Source: Podarcis filfolensis (Eukaryota). From it: 64,000 bases of DNA. The translations under genes were made by a program, and so were the position numbers. The DNA lies in NCBI GenBank assembly GCA_964270895.1, contig OZ185436.1, one strand, 5' to 3'. Below, in pieces: positions 12,452-24,490 of the stretch (position 1 is the first letter of the stretch; each line of letters starts with the position of its first letter). The notes beneath the pieces are model-generated. The model ran no database searches. It was not told where the DNA came from and saw nothing but the letters and a program-made list of their open reading frames with translations.

Positions 12452-13109
12452 TTGTTTCTGCCAAGATGTTTTGAACGTAGTCTGAGGATGCAGTCAGCCA
12501 TGTTTTAAATAAAATGCGAGGGATCTAGAAAGCCCAAATCTACTATAAATTAAATGGAATTGCAATCTTCCACACTCTTGCATGGCAGTAAGCCTGATCC
12601 GATAAAGGGGCATTTGTTGTATGCTAGAGCAGGTGTTGGGAGAATTGCAGAACTGCCCGGTCCACGCTCTCCTGTATCTAAGATTCAGGGTGCAATGTCC
12701 CAATCCCAAGACCCGCCAGCTGAACAGCCTTGGATGCGTTACGTCCTCCACATTTTATTCCCAAGCAGGTCCTGCTTGCTATCAGCGGAATCAACTTTGA
12801 GGTCTACGCGGGTATTACTCTCAAGTAGAAGCAAGTGCAACCTGATCCTATCCCTGTTTACTCAGAAGAAAACCCTATCGTTCCCCTCCAATGTGACCAG
12901 TGCCCCGTCCCTCAATATTATTAGTAGTAAGTCCCAATGACTTTAGTGAAAGTAGCTTTTATATAAAAAGTTCAAGAGCCAACTGTCCAGTGACTCTGTT
13001 ATTACCATGCCATGTGATAGTTTTTGTTAGTTGCAGATAGAACTACTAATTAATTAAAGTAGGTCTTTCCCTTCCTTCTATTTTTTAAAATACCTATCTA
13101 TCTACAATA

Positions 13110-13140
<31 letters not shown>

Positions 13141-13841
13141 CATACACAAATACACAAGCATTCTCAGTAATCTCAAAAGAAGGGAGGATTTCCAGGCATC
13201 CCTCCATCACGACAGACCCTGGCTAAAAGTTCTGCTTCCAGACTTTAGAGTTCTTGCCAAACAAGTAAATTAACCTGCTGCTCCAAACAATCGCCCCAAG
13301 ATGATGTCGCTGCCCAACAACAAGACGCGCGTTCCCTCGTCAACCCTCTCTTTGTTCTGCTGTCCAAATTCGGGGTCGTGACCTAGCTTTGAGCAGAAAA
13401 GGCAAACTCGCGAGTAAACATTTTAGGAGGGCTTCTTTAAATATTTATTAGAGGTGCCGTTCGGGAGGATTCGAGGAGGAAGTCAGGCTCGGGAGCAACT
13501 CCCCTCTAGCTCCTTGGTAGGGCCAGAGCACAATCCGCGGGATCGGATGCCTGCTGTGTCCTTCTGGGCGGATGATAACGCCAGTGTTGGCTGGGTTTGG
13601 ATGGGTGGATGAAAGGTGGTGGTGGAGGAGGTGTCTCTCTTTATGGGCACATTTTATAAGCATGTTAAGCAAAGGGCCATAGATGGACGGATAGACAGAC
13701 AAATAGGCAGATCTGACTATATACGGTGGTTATAAATCCTTGCTCATTTTTCGAAGGCATGCATAAAGCGAAATGATTCCAACGTTTGGAAACATAAATA
13801 TTCTGTTTTACTTCAGTTGCAGACATGTACATTCTACGCAT

Positions 13842-13847
<6 letters not shown>

Positions 13848-13897
<50 letters not shown>
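13848..13897. repeat. (TA)n microsatellite
   Basis: About 25 perfect TA units. Confidence 0.95.
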
Positions 13898-13899
<2 letters not shown>

Positions 13900-15682
13900 T
13901 TATGTGTATCATGCACAAACGCTTGCACACACATATAGCAGACGACCGTGTATGTGGAACGGCTAATAAATCCAGATTGTACATTCAGAGCGAGAGAGAA
14001 GAAGGAAATAGTCTACAAAAGTTGTGTTGGGCCCGAATGCTTCCAGTCTTCCGGTTCAAGTGTGTAAAAACTGTTGAAATAATTCTTTGTGACGATGCAT
14101 CTTAAAGCCTAAACATTATGCTACGTTATGGAACCTAAAGGCTGCCTTATTGTTATATGGAAGAGAAAAAACTGTCGTTTTTAGGGGTGCCTAGTTTGTT
14201 TGGGGCACGACACCCTCTAGCATTCGGAAATAGGCCGCGGGCGGAGGGGCTAATGGAGGCCAGGAAACGCTCTGTGGGTCGGGTGGTGTCAGTAGCGGCA
14301 TCCCCACGTAGGTAAGAAACACCGGAGGACACTGGAAAGAGGGGGGGGGGGGATATTTGCCTTGCCCATGGTTTGGGAGAACTTGGAATCAACGCACTCT
14401 TCACTAGTATAATATTTGGCTCTGGCAGGCTAAGAAGCCTTTAATCTAAAATTCTAGTAATCGCCCTTTTCTTATCTCCTCTATTTACAAAACTCTCTTG
14501 GCGAGGCTTGTTTCAAAGGTTAACTGCGGTTGTTTTCAGCAATGCCTTTTGTCTTCAGTCACTTCGCGTCTCTCCCAAGTCAATGTGAGCCTGGCAGGGG
14601 ACCACCAAAGCCCGATCAAGCATGCACAGGATACTCTGCCTTTACGATTGGTCCCATCATGGTGAAGGAGGGCGCGCAAGGATCCTAAACTCACAGGAAG
14701 TAGGTGCTGCTTCGGGATCGGTCGGCTAATATCCAGAAAAAACTCGCCATAAATGGGATTGTGAAGGGTGAACAGAAGAATGGCCATCCCGCAACCGAAT
14801 CAGACATATAGGGTTCAATCAAAGCTCAGAATTCTAGCTTCTCTAGCACCGGCGACCAGCCGGGTAACTCTGGGTACTTGGTTATAATAAGCAAGGTATA
14901 AAAGAGATGGCATCTTCCTATGAAGGAGAAGTGCTGGCTGGTAGGATTTGGCAGGAGGCACCAGAATAAATGTCCATACTAAGCTGTCATCACAACACTG
15001 GCATTTCATGAAATGCCAGTGTTGTGATATTGTGTGTGTGCGCGCACACGCACGCATCCCCCCCAAAAAAGGAACACATTCATAAAAGAATGTGCTACTG
15101 TTCTTAAAATGGGGGGGGGAATCTAAATTCAAAATAATAATTATATTGGTCTCTCTCTCTCTCCTTCTTCTGAGTTGTCTCCCTCTCAGAATAATTCTTC
15201 ATCTGGTGCTAACAAGTAAAGGCAATGGTTTGGTTTATGAAGGCCTGCAAATGTGGGATGGGATAGAAAAGAACCCATACAAGTTGCATTAACTTGTGTT
15301 TTTTTCCTCTGCTCATCCCCACCCCTTTAGTATCTTATTGTTTCTGGGAGGAGAGGGATAGGAAATTGGGACATTTCATGACTTTACAGGTTTATAAGGT
15401 TTATGGACAGGGTCAAGAGTGTGGATAGAGACTTAATTGTTTTCCTTCTCTCATAATATTGGAACCCAGAAAAAGTGGACTTGTGTCACTTCAGGACAAT
15501 CAAAAGGACATAATATGGAACTCAGGCCTCCGTAAAATGGGGGAAGCGCCACTAGATTAGGTGGGTTTTAAAAAAAATGCATACATTCATGGGGAGGGTA
15601 TTCTTCAATAGCTATTGGTCACAATGTAGCTAATGTAGAAACCCCATGAACAGGAGCAGTATATCTCTGAATACAATATGCC

Positions 15683-15859
15683 AGTAACATAGGAAGCTGC
15701 CTTATACTATCAGACCATCAATACTGTTCATACAAATGGGCAGTGGCTTCCTTGGGGTATTCACACAGTGGGCTTTCTCAGCCCTATCTAAAGGTGCTAG
15801 GGATTGAACCTATAGACTTCCAACTGCAAAGAATGCGCACTACCACTCAGCTATAGTCC
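15683..15859 (-). mobile_element. tRNA-derived squamate SINE (Squam2-like; name uncertain)
   Basis: Minus strand: GGACTATAGCTGAGTGGTAG (A box) ... AGGTTCAATCCC (B box) ... tail GGTCTGATAGTATAAGGCAGCTTCCTATGTTAC. The same architecture occurs at 42697. Confidence 0.75.
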
Positions 15860-16005
15860 TACACCAAATATCCTTCACAAACGTAATTTTCACATTTCCC
15901 AGAGGCATCTGTCTGGCCTGTGGATTAGATGCATTATGGTTCAGCCCTGTTAGGCAACTCTTGGGTTCTGAATGTTCTATTGTTTGAACCATTGGATCTC
16001 TAGAT

Positions 16006-16330
16006 CAGGGATGGGCAAAGGGTAGAGATCTGTCTGATTTGCAGGGTAGCTGTGGCTTTCTAATTCTCAATATTTTAATAGTAGCAGCAACAAAATGACT
16101 TTGGCTACCTAAATTAGGTTGAAGAAAGGAGCAGGCCTTTGTGTGTCAAGACTATGATCTCAGCTGAATTCTGAAGCTGAAAACCAATTTCTAGACTCAG
16201 AATGTGTTCAGAGGCACACCTGTTCTTTAATCCCATGTGTATTTTGCACACGGCTCTGCTAGGTAGATCTTGGAGATCAAGTTCAGAAAAGGCCAAGTAG
16301 ATCTTAGGAACCTACGTATGCCCACTGCTG
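16006..16330. mobile_element. hAT (Charlie-type) non-autonomous element with 8-bp target-site duplication
   Basis: Imperfect TIRs CAGGGATGGGCAAA and (rc) CAGCAGTGGGCATA. Flanks are CTCTAGAT (15998-16005) and CTCTAGAC (16331-16338), an NTCTAGAN-type TSD matching at 7/8. Confidence 0.75.
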
Positions 16331-16823
16331 CTCTAGACAACTTTGTTCTTGTGAGGACTCACATGAGGCAAGTACACAAAACTAGGATAGCCATAAACTG
16401 TGTTTCTCCATTACCCTGCCTAATAGTGCCAACAATAGTGCCAACAATGTGTGTGTGTCTGCATCTGATGCACTAGGCTCTTTCAAGGTGTATGTGTCTC
16501 ATTATATAGCCCTATGCACACTGTAGCGACCTATATAAGCACCGTATTATATATTGTTCCATTGCTTTTGAAGATATAGCATTCAATTAGTGGGCTCAAT
16601 CCACACCAATCAAGGCGAGTTTTCCCATTGACTTCAAGGGGATGCATTTGGTCCTGCTCATTTTTAAAAGAATGATAACTACTACTATGCAAATGTATAT
16701 TTTGGCATTTAAGCTGCAAGTTTTCCTTCCTTCCTTCCTTAAAGGGTGAAAGCAGGGGAATCCAGAATAACAAGATGGAGGGTAAATTGAAAAGGAACTT
16801 CACTATGCTGAGAAAAAAGTGAA

Positions 16824-16990
16824 NNNNNNNNNNNNNNNNNNNNNNNNNNNNNNNNNNNNNNNNNNNNNNNNNNNNNNNNNNNNNNNNNNNNNNNNNNNNN
16901 NNNNNNNNNNNNNNNNNNNNNNNNNNNNNNNNNNNNNNNNNNNNNNNNNNNNNNNNNNNNNNNNNNNNNNNNNNNNNNNNNNNNNNNNNN
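16824..16990. other. Run of 167 N (gap or mask)
   Basis: Seen directly. Confidence 0.99.
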
Positions 16991-17500
16991 GAGAATGCTT
17001 CCTTTTGCGTGTCTGTATTGGATCTCCTAAATAAATATCATCCTTTGTTTTCTGAAGCCTCATTCTTGCATAAATCCTCAGAGCTAATACATATGCTTTT
17101 CCACAAAGGAAACCAACCAGCATCAACATTTGGCTCTTGGTTGTTGTTAAGTACGCTTTTTTAACATATAGAAAAAGGAAAAAAGAAAACAAAGAAAGTG
17201 GCCTTTGCCAGAAATTGCTGATGCCATTAACAGAAGGGTGGTTGGCTGTTTGCAAGGAAATACTAGACTTTCACTAAAGTCCCAAAATGTTTGGTTTGGT
17301 ACCTTGCCCATCAAAATAAATCAAGGCGACAGATTAGGAAGTACATAAAACTATATCTCTGGATAATGATATACGAGACCACAATAAATATAAGTTACAT
17401 GTTGGAGCTGCTGGCAGTTATGGTTAGAAACCCGTAACTCATTCATTTAACCCTGGCGGAATGTTTGTCTTTTAATTACAATTAAACAGCGTACTTGAAC

Positions 17501-17545
<45 letters not shown>

Positions 17546-19817
17546 GAGCTGCATGGAGAGAGACAAGAGGGAGAGACAGAAAGAAAAAGAGGGAAACTAG
17601 AGAAGATAAGAGACTGGAAAAATCCTGAGACATAATTTGCTAACTGGCAGCTTAGGGAGCTAAGCCACGGTACCTTATCCTATAGCACTGCGGGGGAGGG
17701 GGGCTTGTCGAGAGGGAGAATGGAGAGGGGGTTTGTGGGGGGCTTAAGCGCACACATGTAATTGTGTCTTAAGTTGAAAACATCCCATCCAGTTTTTTTT
17801 ATAGGTTTTTCTTTTTTTTGCAATTGCCCCTTTTCAGAGAATTACCTCTCCAAACAATATTTGAAGCCACTGGAAATAAAAGGGAGTGGGGAACACAGCG
17901 TCTCCACAGCCATCACCACCACCCTTGGCCTCTTGGAAGTCCCATTGCCCATGGTGGGGGGGGGGGGAGGAAGGGAGAGAATTTTTCTAACGCATTATTT
18001 TATGGCCACCGAAGCCCCTGTGAAGTGTTTCCTCCACTGCTGCTTCCCTGCTGTTGAAGAAGCATTGGTTTCCATCACCAAAACTTTATTTATTTATTTA
18101 TTTATTTATTCACTCATTCATTAAAAAGGAAGAAATACAACTTATAATCAGTGTGACTTCACACAAACTGGGCGTCAGGGACTCACTGCAGCGCTCCCGA
18201 GCAAGTCTCTAGGCTCCAAGGAGCTTATGACACCCCCTCCACAAACATTCTCACCTTTCGCCTGACTTCTCCTTCTTCTTCTTTTGGCTCAAGAAGATAA
18301 GTGAAGAACAATAATCCGGGCATGATTTAATAGTGAAATCGATGCCATTCGAGAGGAGTAGAGGAGCCCAGCCCCTTGGTGCCATGCCCCAAGTGGGGGC
18401 AAGGAAGGAGCACAGACTTTGGTATCAAGAGGCGATCCATCCATTCGGTGGAGCGGGGAGCGATTTCCTGGAAAGCCCTGCCAAGACTGCAGTCTTGAGC
18501 TCCCCAGGAGACCTAGGAGCACTGAACATCAAGTCCATCAGGTTTGAAAGAGGAGCCCATGGAAAGACCAACCATGCTACTGGTGGTGTGACGATAGGCT
18601 TACTACCTCCACCACCCGTTCTACCCGTCGAGGCATAGTGTGGAACAGCCAGCAACAGAGAACATTGATCCCTCACAACTTTTCTTTTCCAGTTCCTACG
18701 TGCCAGAGGAAATGTAGCTCTTTTGGGCTGTCCCTATAGAAACCATCAAGAGCGCCTGGTAGCACCTGAATAGACTAGCAGATTTCCCCACTTTACCCCT
18801 TTCCACTAAAGGAGACAATTTTTTTTTTAAAAAAAAAGAAGCAACCATCGTCGCCATCATAGCTATGCGTTTTTAAACTGCTTTAAAAGAAAAAGAAAAA
18901 ACTTTTAAAGGAAACTTACTTGGCGTTGGGAACTTCGCTCTTGCCATAGGATAGCCAGCTGGGAAATCTTCCAAGCTATGGGAAGGCGGGAAAATGAGAA
19001 GGGAGGCTTGGCCGAAACTTCACCCTGCCTTCTTTTCTCTGGGGTTATTTTGGTGACAACACAATGAGATAACACGCATTGAATCTGCCCAAACCCTCAC
19101 TCTCTCCCGGCCGCCCTCCCCACCCACCCGGCCTTCTATTACTATGGTAATTAAAAAAAAAAAACACCACAAAAAAGTCCAAACAGTGGCGATGCCTTTA
19201 AATGTGTGTAGGGAGCAGAGAAGGTACACGTTGGGAGACTTAACTCAGGTCACTGGGGGCTCGGAGGTCAGCCTGAGTGGCTAGAATAAAACTGCTGGCG
19301 TAGAAAAGTTGTCCTCTGGGTGAACCTACTTTCCACCACCCCCCTTTACCCGAACTTCAATAAAGTAGCTTTCAGGCTCTCAACATGGAGGCGTCAAAAA
19401 GCTTAAAAAAAAAGAATGGGGAGAGAAAGAGCAAAATGGGTGAAGAGAGACGGTGGGGCAGGCTGTATCTCATCACCTCCCCCCCCCCCGTTTCTTTTGC
19501 CCCTGCTGCCTGCCTTTATAATTCATTCATAATCTCCCTACCCTGGAAGAATTGTGTCATGGCCAAGTCTAAAGGCCAAATCAGATGCTGAAGAATCAGA
19601 ATTATTAAACCAGAAACAAAAACGAAACAAAACAGGAGGGTGACAAGATTGCAGAAAGTAAACACTGAAGAGAACACCAGGAGGAAAATAAATAAAATAA
19701 AGTTGGGGGCGGGTAGAGAACCGTGGAAAGGAATATATGATCATATATTTAAATATGAAGTTACTGAGAGGGTGCTGGTATTTTTAATTGAATATGCAAA
19801 CTATACAGTTGCAAATG

Positions 19818-19825
19818 TGATTGAT
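19818..19825 (+). promoter_or_regulatory. PBX-HOX consensus site TGATTGAT, ~3 kb 3' of the HOXC4 stop
   Basis: Exact TGATTGAT in an AT-rich non-repetitive block that also has TTAATTG and near-octamer motifs. Confidence 0.35.
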
Positions 19826-20328
19826 GCCTCCTTTTCCGGGCTTCCTAGGCAGACACAGAGAATGCACGCAACACAAAGTCCTATCATATTCTTCCTGATT
19901 CTCTCACAGACACTTGGTTATAATTTATCAAGTTCTGCAGGCAGGGTGTGTGGGTGTGAAACTTTTTTTAAAAAAAGTTTAGCACAGCTACACACTCACA
20001 CATAGTTTACCAAGTCACTACCAGTAGAAGCCAATGTAAATTTCACACGTGTGTGTGTGTCAGAGTTTGAAGATCAGCTTTGCAACATATGGCCATTCAG
20101 TTGGCATCACCATTATTCCTAGGTTAGGATTCCCCCCTCCCTTTGTTCTCTTTACCATTTATATGCACAGAGTGCGTGTGTTTGTGTGGGTGTGTAAAAA
20201 CCATCGGGGGCGGGGGGGGGGACTGGTTGCTGTTCTCTTTTATCTTACCCTAGCAATAGAGCAGGGAGACTAAGTCTGTGTAACAGAAGGGCAGATAAAC
20301 AAGCAGACAGACACCTGAGAGATTTAAC

Positions 20329-20420
20329 TTGCAGCCCTATCTTATGCATGCTTACTCAGAAGTAAATCCCACTACGTTCAGTAAAGGTATTCTCTAAAAT
20401 AAGTGAGTGAGATTCCTGTT
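20329..20420. mobile_element. ~90-bp palindromic MITE family copy
   Basis: GCAGCCCTATCTTATGCATGCTTACTCAGAAGTAAATCCCACTACGTTCAGT core. Confidence 0.65.
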
Positions 20421-22043
20421 TCCCCTCACTTGACCTAATGTAGTAAGGGTGAACAAGGAGGCCCAAGAGTGATAAGAAAACATTCAAAGCAATTGCTAAC
20501 ATGCACACTCAACATTCCCCTCGCTTGCTTCGAAAAACTGGAATTGTGAAAACACTGTTAAAGGTTTATGACTAGCTATTATGTTAATGAATGGATTTAT
20601 TTCATACTATGCAAAAGGAGACGGAGTTTCTTCAAAGGAATACTACTAACAGGCAGAGAAGAGCCATCCTGATTGGTTGATACCCATGACACTTTGACCA
20701 TTAGCTTCTAAACTGATCTGGATTACAGCCACTATGTGTAATTCTGGCCTACTTAAAATCAATACAAGTTCTGCATTAACTTGAATGAGATGTAGATCGC
20801 TGCCATAATCTGTATCTTGTCAATCACTTCCTACCTCCCTGCCTCTTCCTTCTACCATGGGTGCTGAAAAGATCTGCTTGTCTTGATAACTGAGGGAGGG
20901 GGCAAGATAAAGTGACGGAACCAACTCCCCTTCAAACCCCCTGCCACTTTTCAGAACTTCTGCTTCCACCTCCAGTATAGAGTTGCCTGGCTGTTTACTG
21001 ATACCCATAACAGGGAACTGCAATACAGCTCAACCCACAACTTAGTTCTGTGTAAGCAGACTATTAAAGGCGCCTGAAATTTCATTGAAATCAATAGCAA
21101 ATAAATTGGACTAGATCCTGCTACTTCAGACTAACTGGTTTCTAGTTTGGGGTGCTACAATATTTACGAAATACAACTAAACAACATTAAACAAGCCTCT
21201 AAGAGAGGTATAAACGAAAGCACACTTCAGTCACATGCTTTGCCACTCTGAGGCGAGGACAGTAGAAAAATGTGAGTTGTAAAAGGAACTTGCTAATCTG
21301 GCTGTCTGTCTATCTACCTATCCACACATATAAGCATAGTACATACTAAAAGTGCTCACTGTGCAAACACATCTGTATTACACTCTTCCCAGCCACCCTT
21401 TCTACTTCCCTCCGGGATGTAAACAAATCCTGAATTCTCTATTATCCATCTCTATAAAATACCTACAACAGTGACAATGTTAAGCATTTATTCAACGTAC
21501 AGGAATAGGGGCTTGTTAGCTATACAGGCAGTAGAAGCAGGGGTAAAGAAAGCTCCAATATTTTTATTATTATTACGATTACTAAATAAATGGATAGGAG
21601 CTCAAATACAGGAGAGGACAGATGCATTTTTAAAAAATAAACAACAGCAACACAAAGCCTGATTTCTATGGACAGGTCGCCTACTAAAATGCACATTTAC
21701 ACCTCCTAAGGCTAGGACTTCCTAGTAGAATCTGAGGTCAAACATGCTGTGATGTCACAGGGTACAGAGGGTGCAAGCCACAGTCCCTAAAATCAATGGG
21801 AGATTTGCCATTGACTTCAGTGACATGCACTACGGCGCTGATAGCCTTGTATTTAAAAGAACAAAAAAAACAAAAACCAACCCAAGCTTCTTAAACTTAG
21901 CTGAGAAAGTATCCACAGCTCAAGAAATCAGTGTCACACGTTTCCACCCCCCTCCCCCACGTTTTCTCTATATAGCATGAAGCAAAGAAGGAAAAAAACT
22001 CACCAGACATTCCAAAGTCAAATCTGTGTCACACTCACTGGTT

Positions 22044-22090
22044 TTTATTGAACAAGGGGACTTTCACATATACACTAAAACTCTTTTATT
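22044..22090 (-). terminator. Probable HOXC4 polyadenylation signals (two AATAAA)
   Basis: Plus-strand TTTATT at 22044-22049 and 22085-22090, 800-845 nt after the stop, followed on the minus strand by GT/T-rich sequence. Confidence 0.6.
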
Positions 22091-22888
22091 GCAAGTTTAC
22101 AATGTTCATGTCAAATCATGTCCAAAAAACACAAAGAACCACGACAAAAGGGGGGAAAAAATCTACCTACTGACTTTTCCTTCCAACTTTCTCGCTGGCT
22201 CGCTTCCTCTCTCTCTTCTTTTGAGTCCTTCTTCACATTGAAATAAACCGTAAGTTTACCAGCTACTATTAGCTCCTGTGCTGTTTTTTCCCCTTGTTTT
22301 TTTAATTAAAAAAAAATCTTTCTCCTACATTTATACCAAAAAAAGGAAGGAAAAAAGCCTTCAATGGTCCATTTTTTTTTGTTCTCCATTTGTAAACGCA
22401 CAGAGCAAAATAACTACATTCTTCCCTTGCCTGTGTAATTATTAGCATATGCCCCGATTTTTCATCTAAAACAGAACATTGTGTTCCCCACCCCAACATA
22501 CACGCACAGAGACACACAGACACACACAGACACACATAGCTCATCCTTCCACTCCTTCCCTTTTTAAAAAATAAATAAAACCCTGAAAATTGCGTTTTAA
22601 AAAAACAAAACAAAACCAGCAGGTATTTCACCCGACCTCTCATGCTAATTAATACATGCACCTAAAGCTTGAGATCTTTGCGGAAGACCTCATTCTTTTG
22701 TGTGTGGGTTTTTTTCCCCTCTCTCTTTTTTTCTTCTTAATATATTTAAGCACGGGAAAAACTACGAGGAAAAAAAAGAACCAAAATATATAGATATATA
22801 TTAGATTCTATAAATAATCAGAGTCATTTTTTTTAATGGGGGTATTTGTTTGTTTGTTTTGCTTTTGCTTTTTTGTTTGTTTGTTTGT

Positions 22889-23241
22889 TTATAACCTTGT
22901 AATATCCTCTGCTCGTTGGTCCTGAGATGAGCTTTGCGAATGTTCTTCGCTAGCAACCGCGTTGGAAGAAGCAGGAATGGAACTGGTGGAAGAATTGGTA
23001 GGAGCCGTAGATCTCACTTTGGTATTGGGCAGCCTGTGGTCTTTTTTCCATTTCATCCGCCTGTTCTGAAACCAAATCTTGATCTGCCTCTCCGAGAGAC
23101 ACAGGGAGTGGGCGATTTCGATGCGCCTCCGCCTCGTCAGGTATCTATTATAGTGGAACTCTTTTTCCAATTCCAAGACCTGCTGTCTGGTGTAGGCAGT
23201 CCTGGATCGCTTGGGCTCGCCTCCATTGTAATTGGGGTTCA
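22889..23241 (-). CDS. HOXC4: HOXC4 exon 2 (homeodomain)
   Basis: Acceptor TTTTTCCCCCCAG|TG, phase 1. Encodes [78 protein letters not shown]...[11 protein letters not shown], diagnostic for HOXC4. Confidence 0.98.
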
Positions 23242-23593
23242 CTGGGGGGAAAAACACCCAAAGATGAGCATGAATACAGAGACAGAGAGAAAGGCAAGGG
23301 AAGGAGAGCGGAGAGAGAGATGCACAGGGAGAGAAAGACAGATCTCCAGTGGCTCAGGGGAAAGAGAGAGGGGGAGAGAGCGAGAGAAAGGGGGGGAGAG
23401 GAGAGAGGGGAGAGAGAGAAAAAAGTCATCAGCTAAATGGGTTATAAAGAACCCAAGACTTTCTCTTCTAATAAGAAGGGGTTTCCCTGGCTTGAAAAGA
23501 GCCTGAATTATTTATGCACCCCTCGCGAAGCCTTTTGGAGTTTCACACATACATAACAGAACGAACCACATGGCTGGGGCTGCCCAGACTAGC

Positions 23594-23625
23594 TTGGCTA
23601 TAAAATTTATGGTGGGTGTAATTAC
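23594..23625 (-). promoter_or_regulatory. HB-1 intronic element of Hox4 genes
   Basis: Minus strand GTAATTACACCCACCATAAATTTTATAGCC matches the TAATTA..CATAAA-TTTTAT architecture known from PG4 introns. Confidence 0.8.
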
Positions 23626-23894
23626 CCACTCGGAGTCGTAAATCCAGCTCAATTGTGCTAACCCAAAGACTCTCGTTGAAGGCAAAGGAGGAGATGGGAA
23701 AAAGAAGGAGCGAGAGAGGGAGAAGAGTGAGTGAGTGAGAGGGGAGAGAGAGAGAGAGAGCTTGCAAGCATGGTGTGAAGGGGAGAAAAACACACATACT
23801 CTCTCCCTCTCTCGCACTTACACACACACACTAGAGAGAGAGAGAGAGAGGAAGGAAGGAAGGGAGGAGAGAGAGAGAGAGAAAAGTTGCCTAC

Positions 23895-24348
23895 CAGTAC
23901 TGACGTGGATTTTTTTCATCCATGGGTAGACTATGGGTTGCTTAGTGGCCGTGCTGCTAGGATGCTCGGGGTTTTGCTGGTTGCAGGCTGGAGGGGCTGG
24001 GGCTGGCGAGGTGGCTGCGCTGGAGAGAGCCGTTTGGTCACAGAGCTGCTGTGGTTTCTCGGGGAGATGGTGGCCTCCGGGTGGTGGTCCATGGCCCCTT
24101 TGATGCGCTGGGGGGTTGCCGGGACCTTGGAGGCTGGCACAGCTGTACTGGCGCTCGGGGTAGCTGGGTCGCTGTGGAGGAGGTGGAGGGTACAATTCCT
24201 GGTGATGATGCTGAAAACTGGACTCCCTAGTCCGGCTGTAATATTCCGGACTGTGNNNNNNNNNNNNNNNNNNNNNNNNNNNNNNNNNNNNNNNNNNNNN
24301 NNNNNNNNNNNNNNNNNNNNNNNNNNNNNNNNNNNNNNNNNNNNNNNN
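23895..24348 (-). CDS. HOXC4: HOXC4 exon 1 (visible 23895-24255; N-terminus hidden in N gap, start coordinate inferred)
   Basis: HSPEYYSRTRESSFQHHHQELYPPPPPQRPSYPERQYSC...KQPIVYPWMKKIHVST, then donor G|GTAGGC. The start is placed 31 codons upstream by analogy with the recalled human N-terminus [31 protein letters not shown]. Intron is 653 nt. Confidence 0.93.
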
Positions 24349-24411
24349 NNNNNNNNNNNNNNNNNNNNNNNNNNNNNNNNNNNNNNNNNNNNNNNNNNNN
24401 NNNNNNNNNNN
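24256..24411. other. Run of 156 N covering the HOXC4 start codon and leader
   Basis: Seen directly. The flanks are HOXC4 coding sequence on one side and conserved leader sequence on the other. Confidence 0.99.
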
Positions 24412-24490
24412 TACTAGCTGGCGACCCCGTAAAGTTAGTTTCACCATGTGACTATTTGCGCCAATCACGCCAGCCGAGCTAGTCCCCGGA
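24412..24490 (-). promoter_or_regulatory. HOXC4 proximal promoter / 5' leader
   Basis: CCAAT box (GCCAATCAC at ~24459-24467), CACATGGTG E-box/YY1-like motif and GGGGTCGCCAGCTAGTA, as recalled for the HOXC4 leader. Confidence 0.65.

Noticed and set aside
12554-12940. ORF with QPWMRY resembling a Hox hexapeptide
   Set aside because: It is on the wrong strand for the cluster, has no Y/F before PWM, has no linked homeobox, and overlaps MITE remnants.
14812-14828. DR5-like GGTTCA-ATCAA-AGCTCA (also AGGTCA-AGAAT-TGTTCA at 49319-49335)
   Set aside because: Each has a mismatch in the 3' half-site and no supporting context. Expected by chance.
19246-19269. Two AGGTCA half-sites
   Set aside because: The 12-nt spacer is not a DR1/DR2/DR5 geometry.
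21757-21764. miR-10 8-mer target site ACAGGGTA near HOXC4
   Set aside because: It is on the plus strand and beyond the probable polyA signals, so it is not in HOXC4 mRNA.
1-22000. HoxC3 or HoxC1 coding exons or a homeobox pseudogene
   Set aside because: A by-eye scan for WFQN-encoding and PG3 N-terminal motifs found nothing on either strand. A highly decayed remnant cannot be excluded without tBLASTn.
22934-24417. Plus-strand ORFs 22934-23506 and 23887-24417
   Set aside because: They are antisense shadows of HOXC4 exons and GA-repeat intron sequence.
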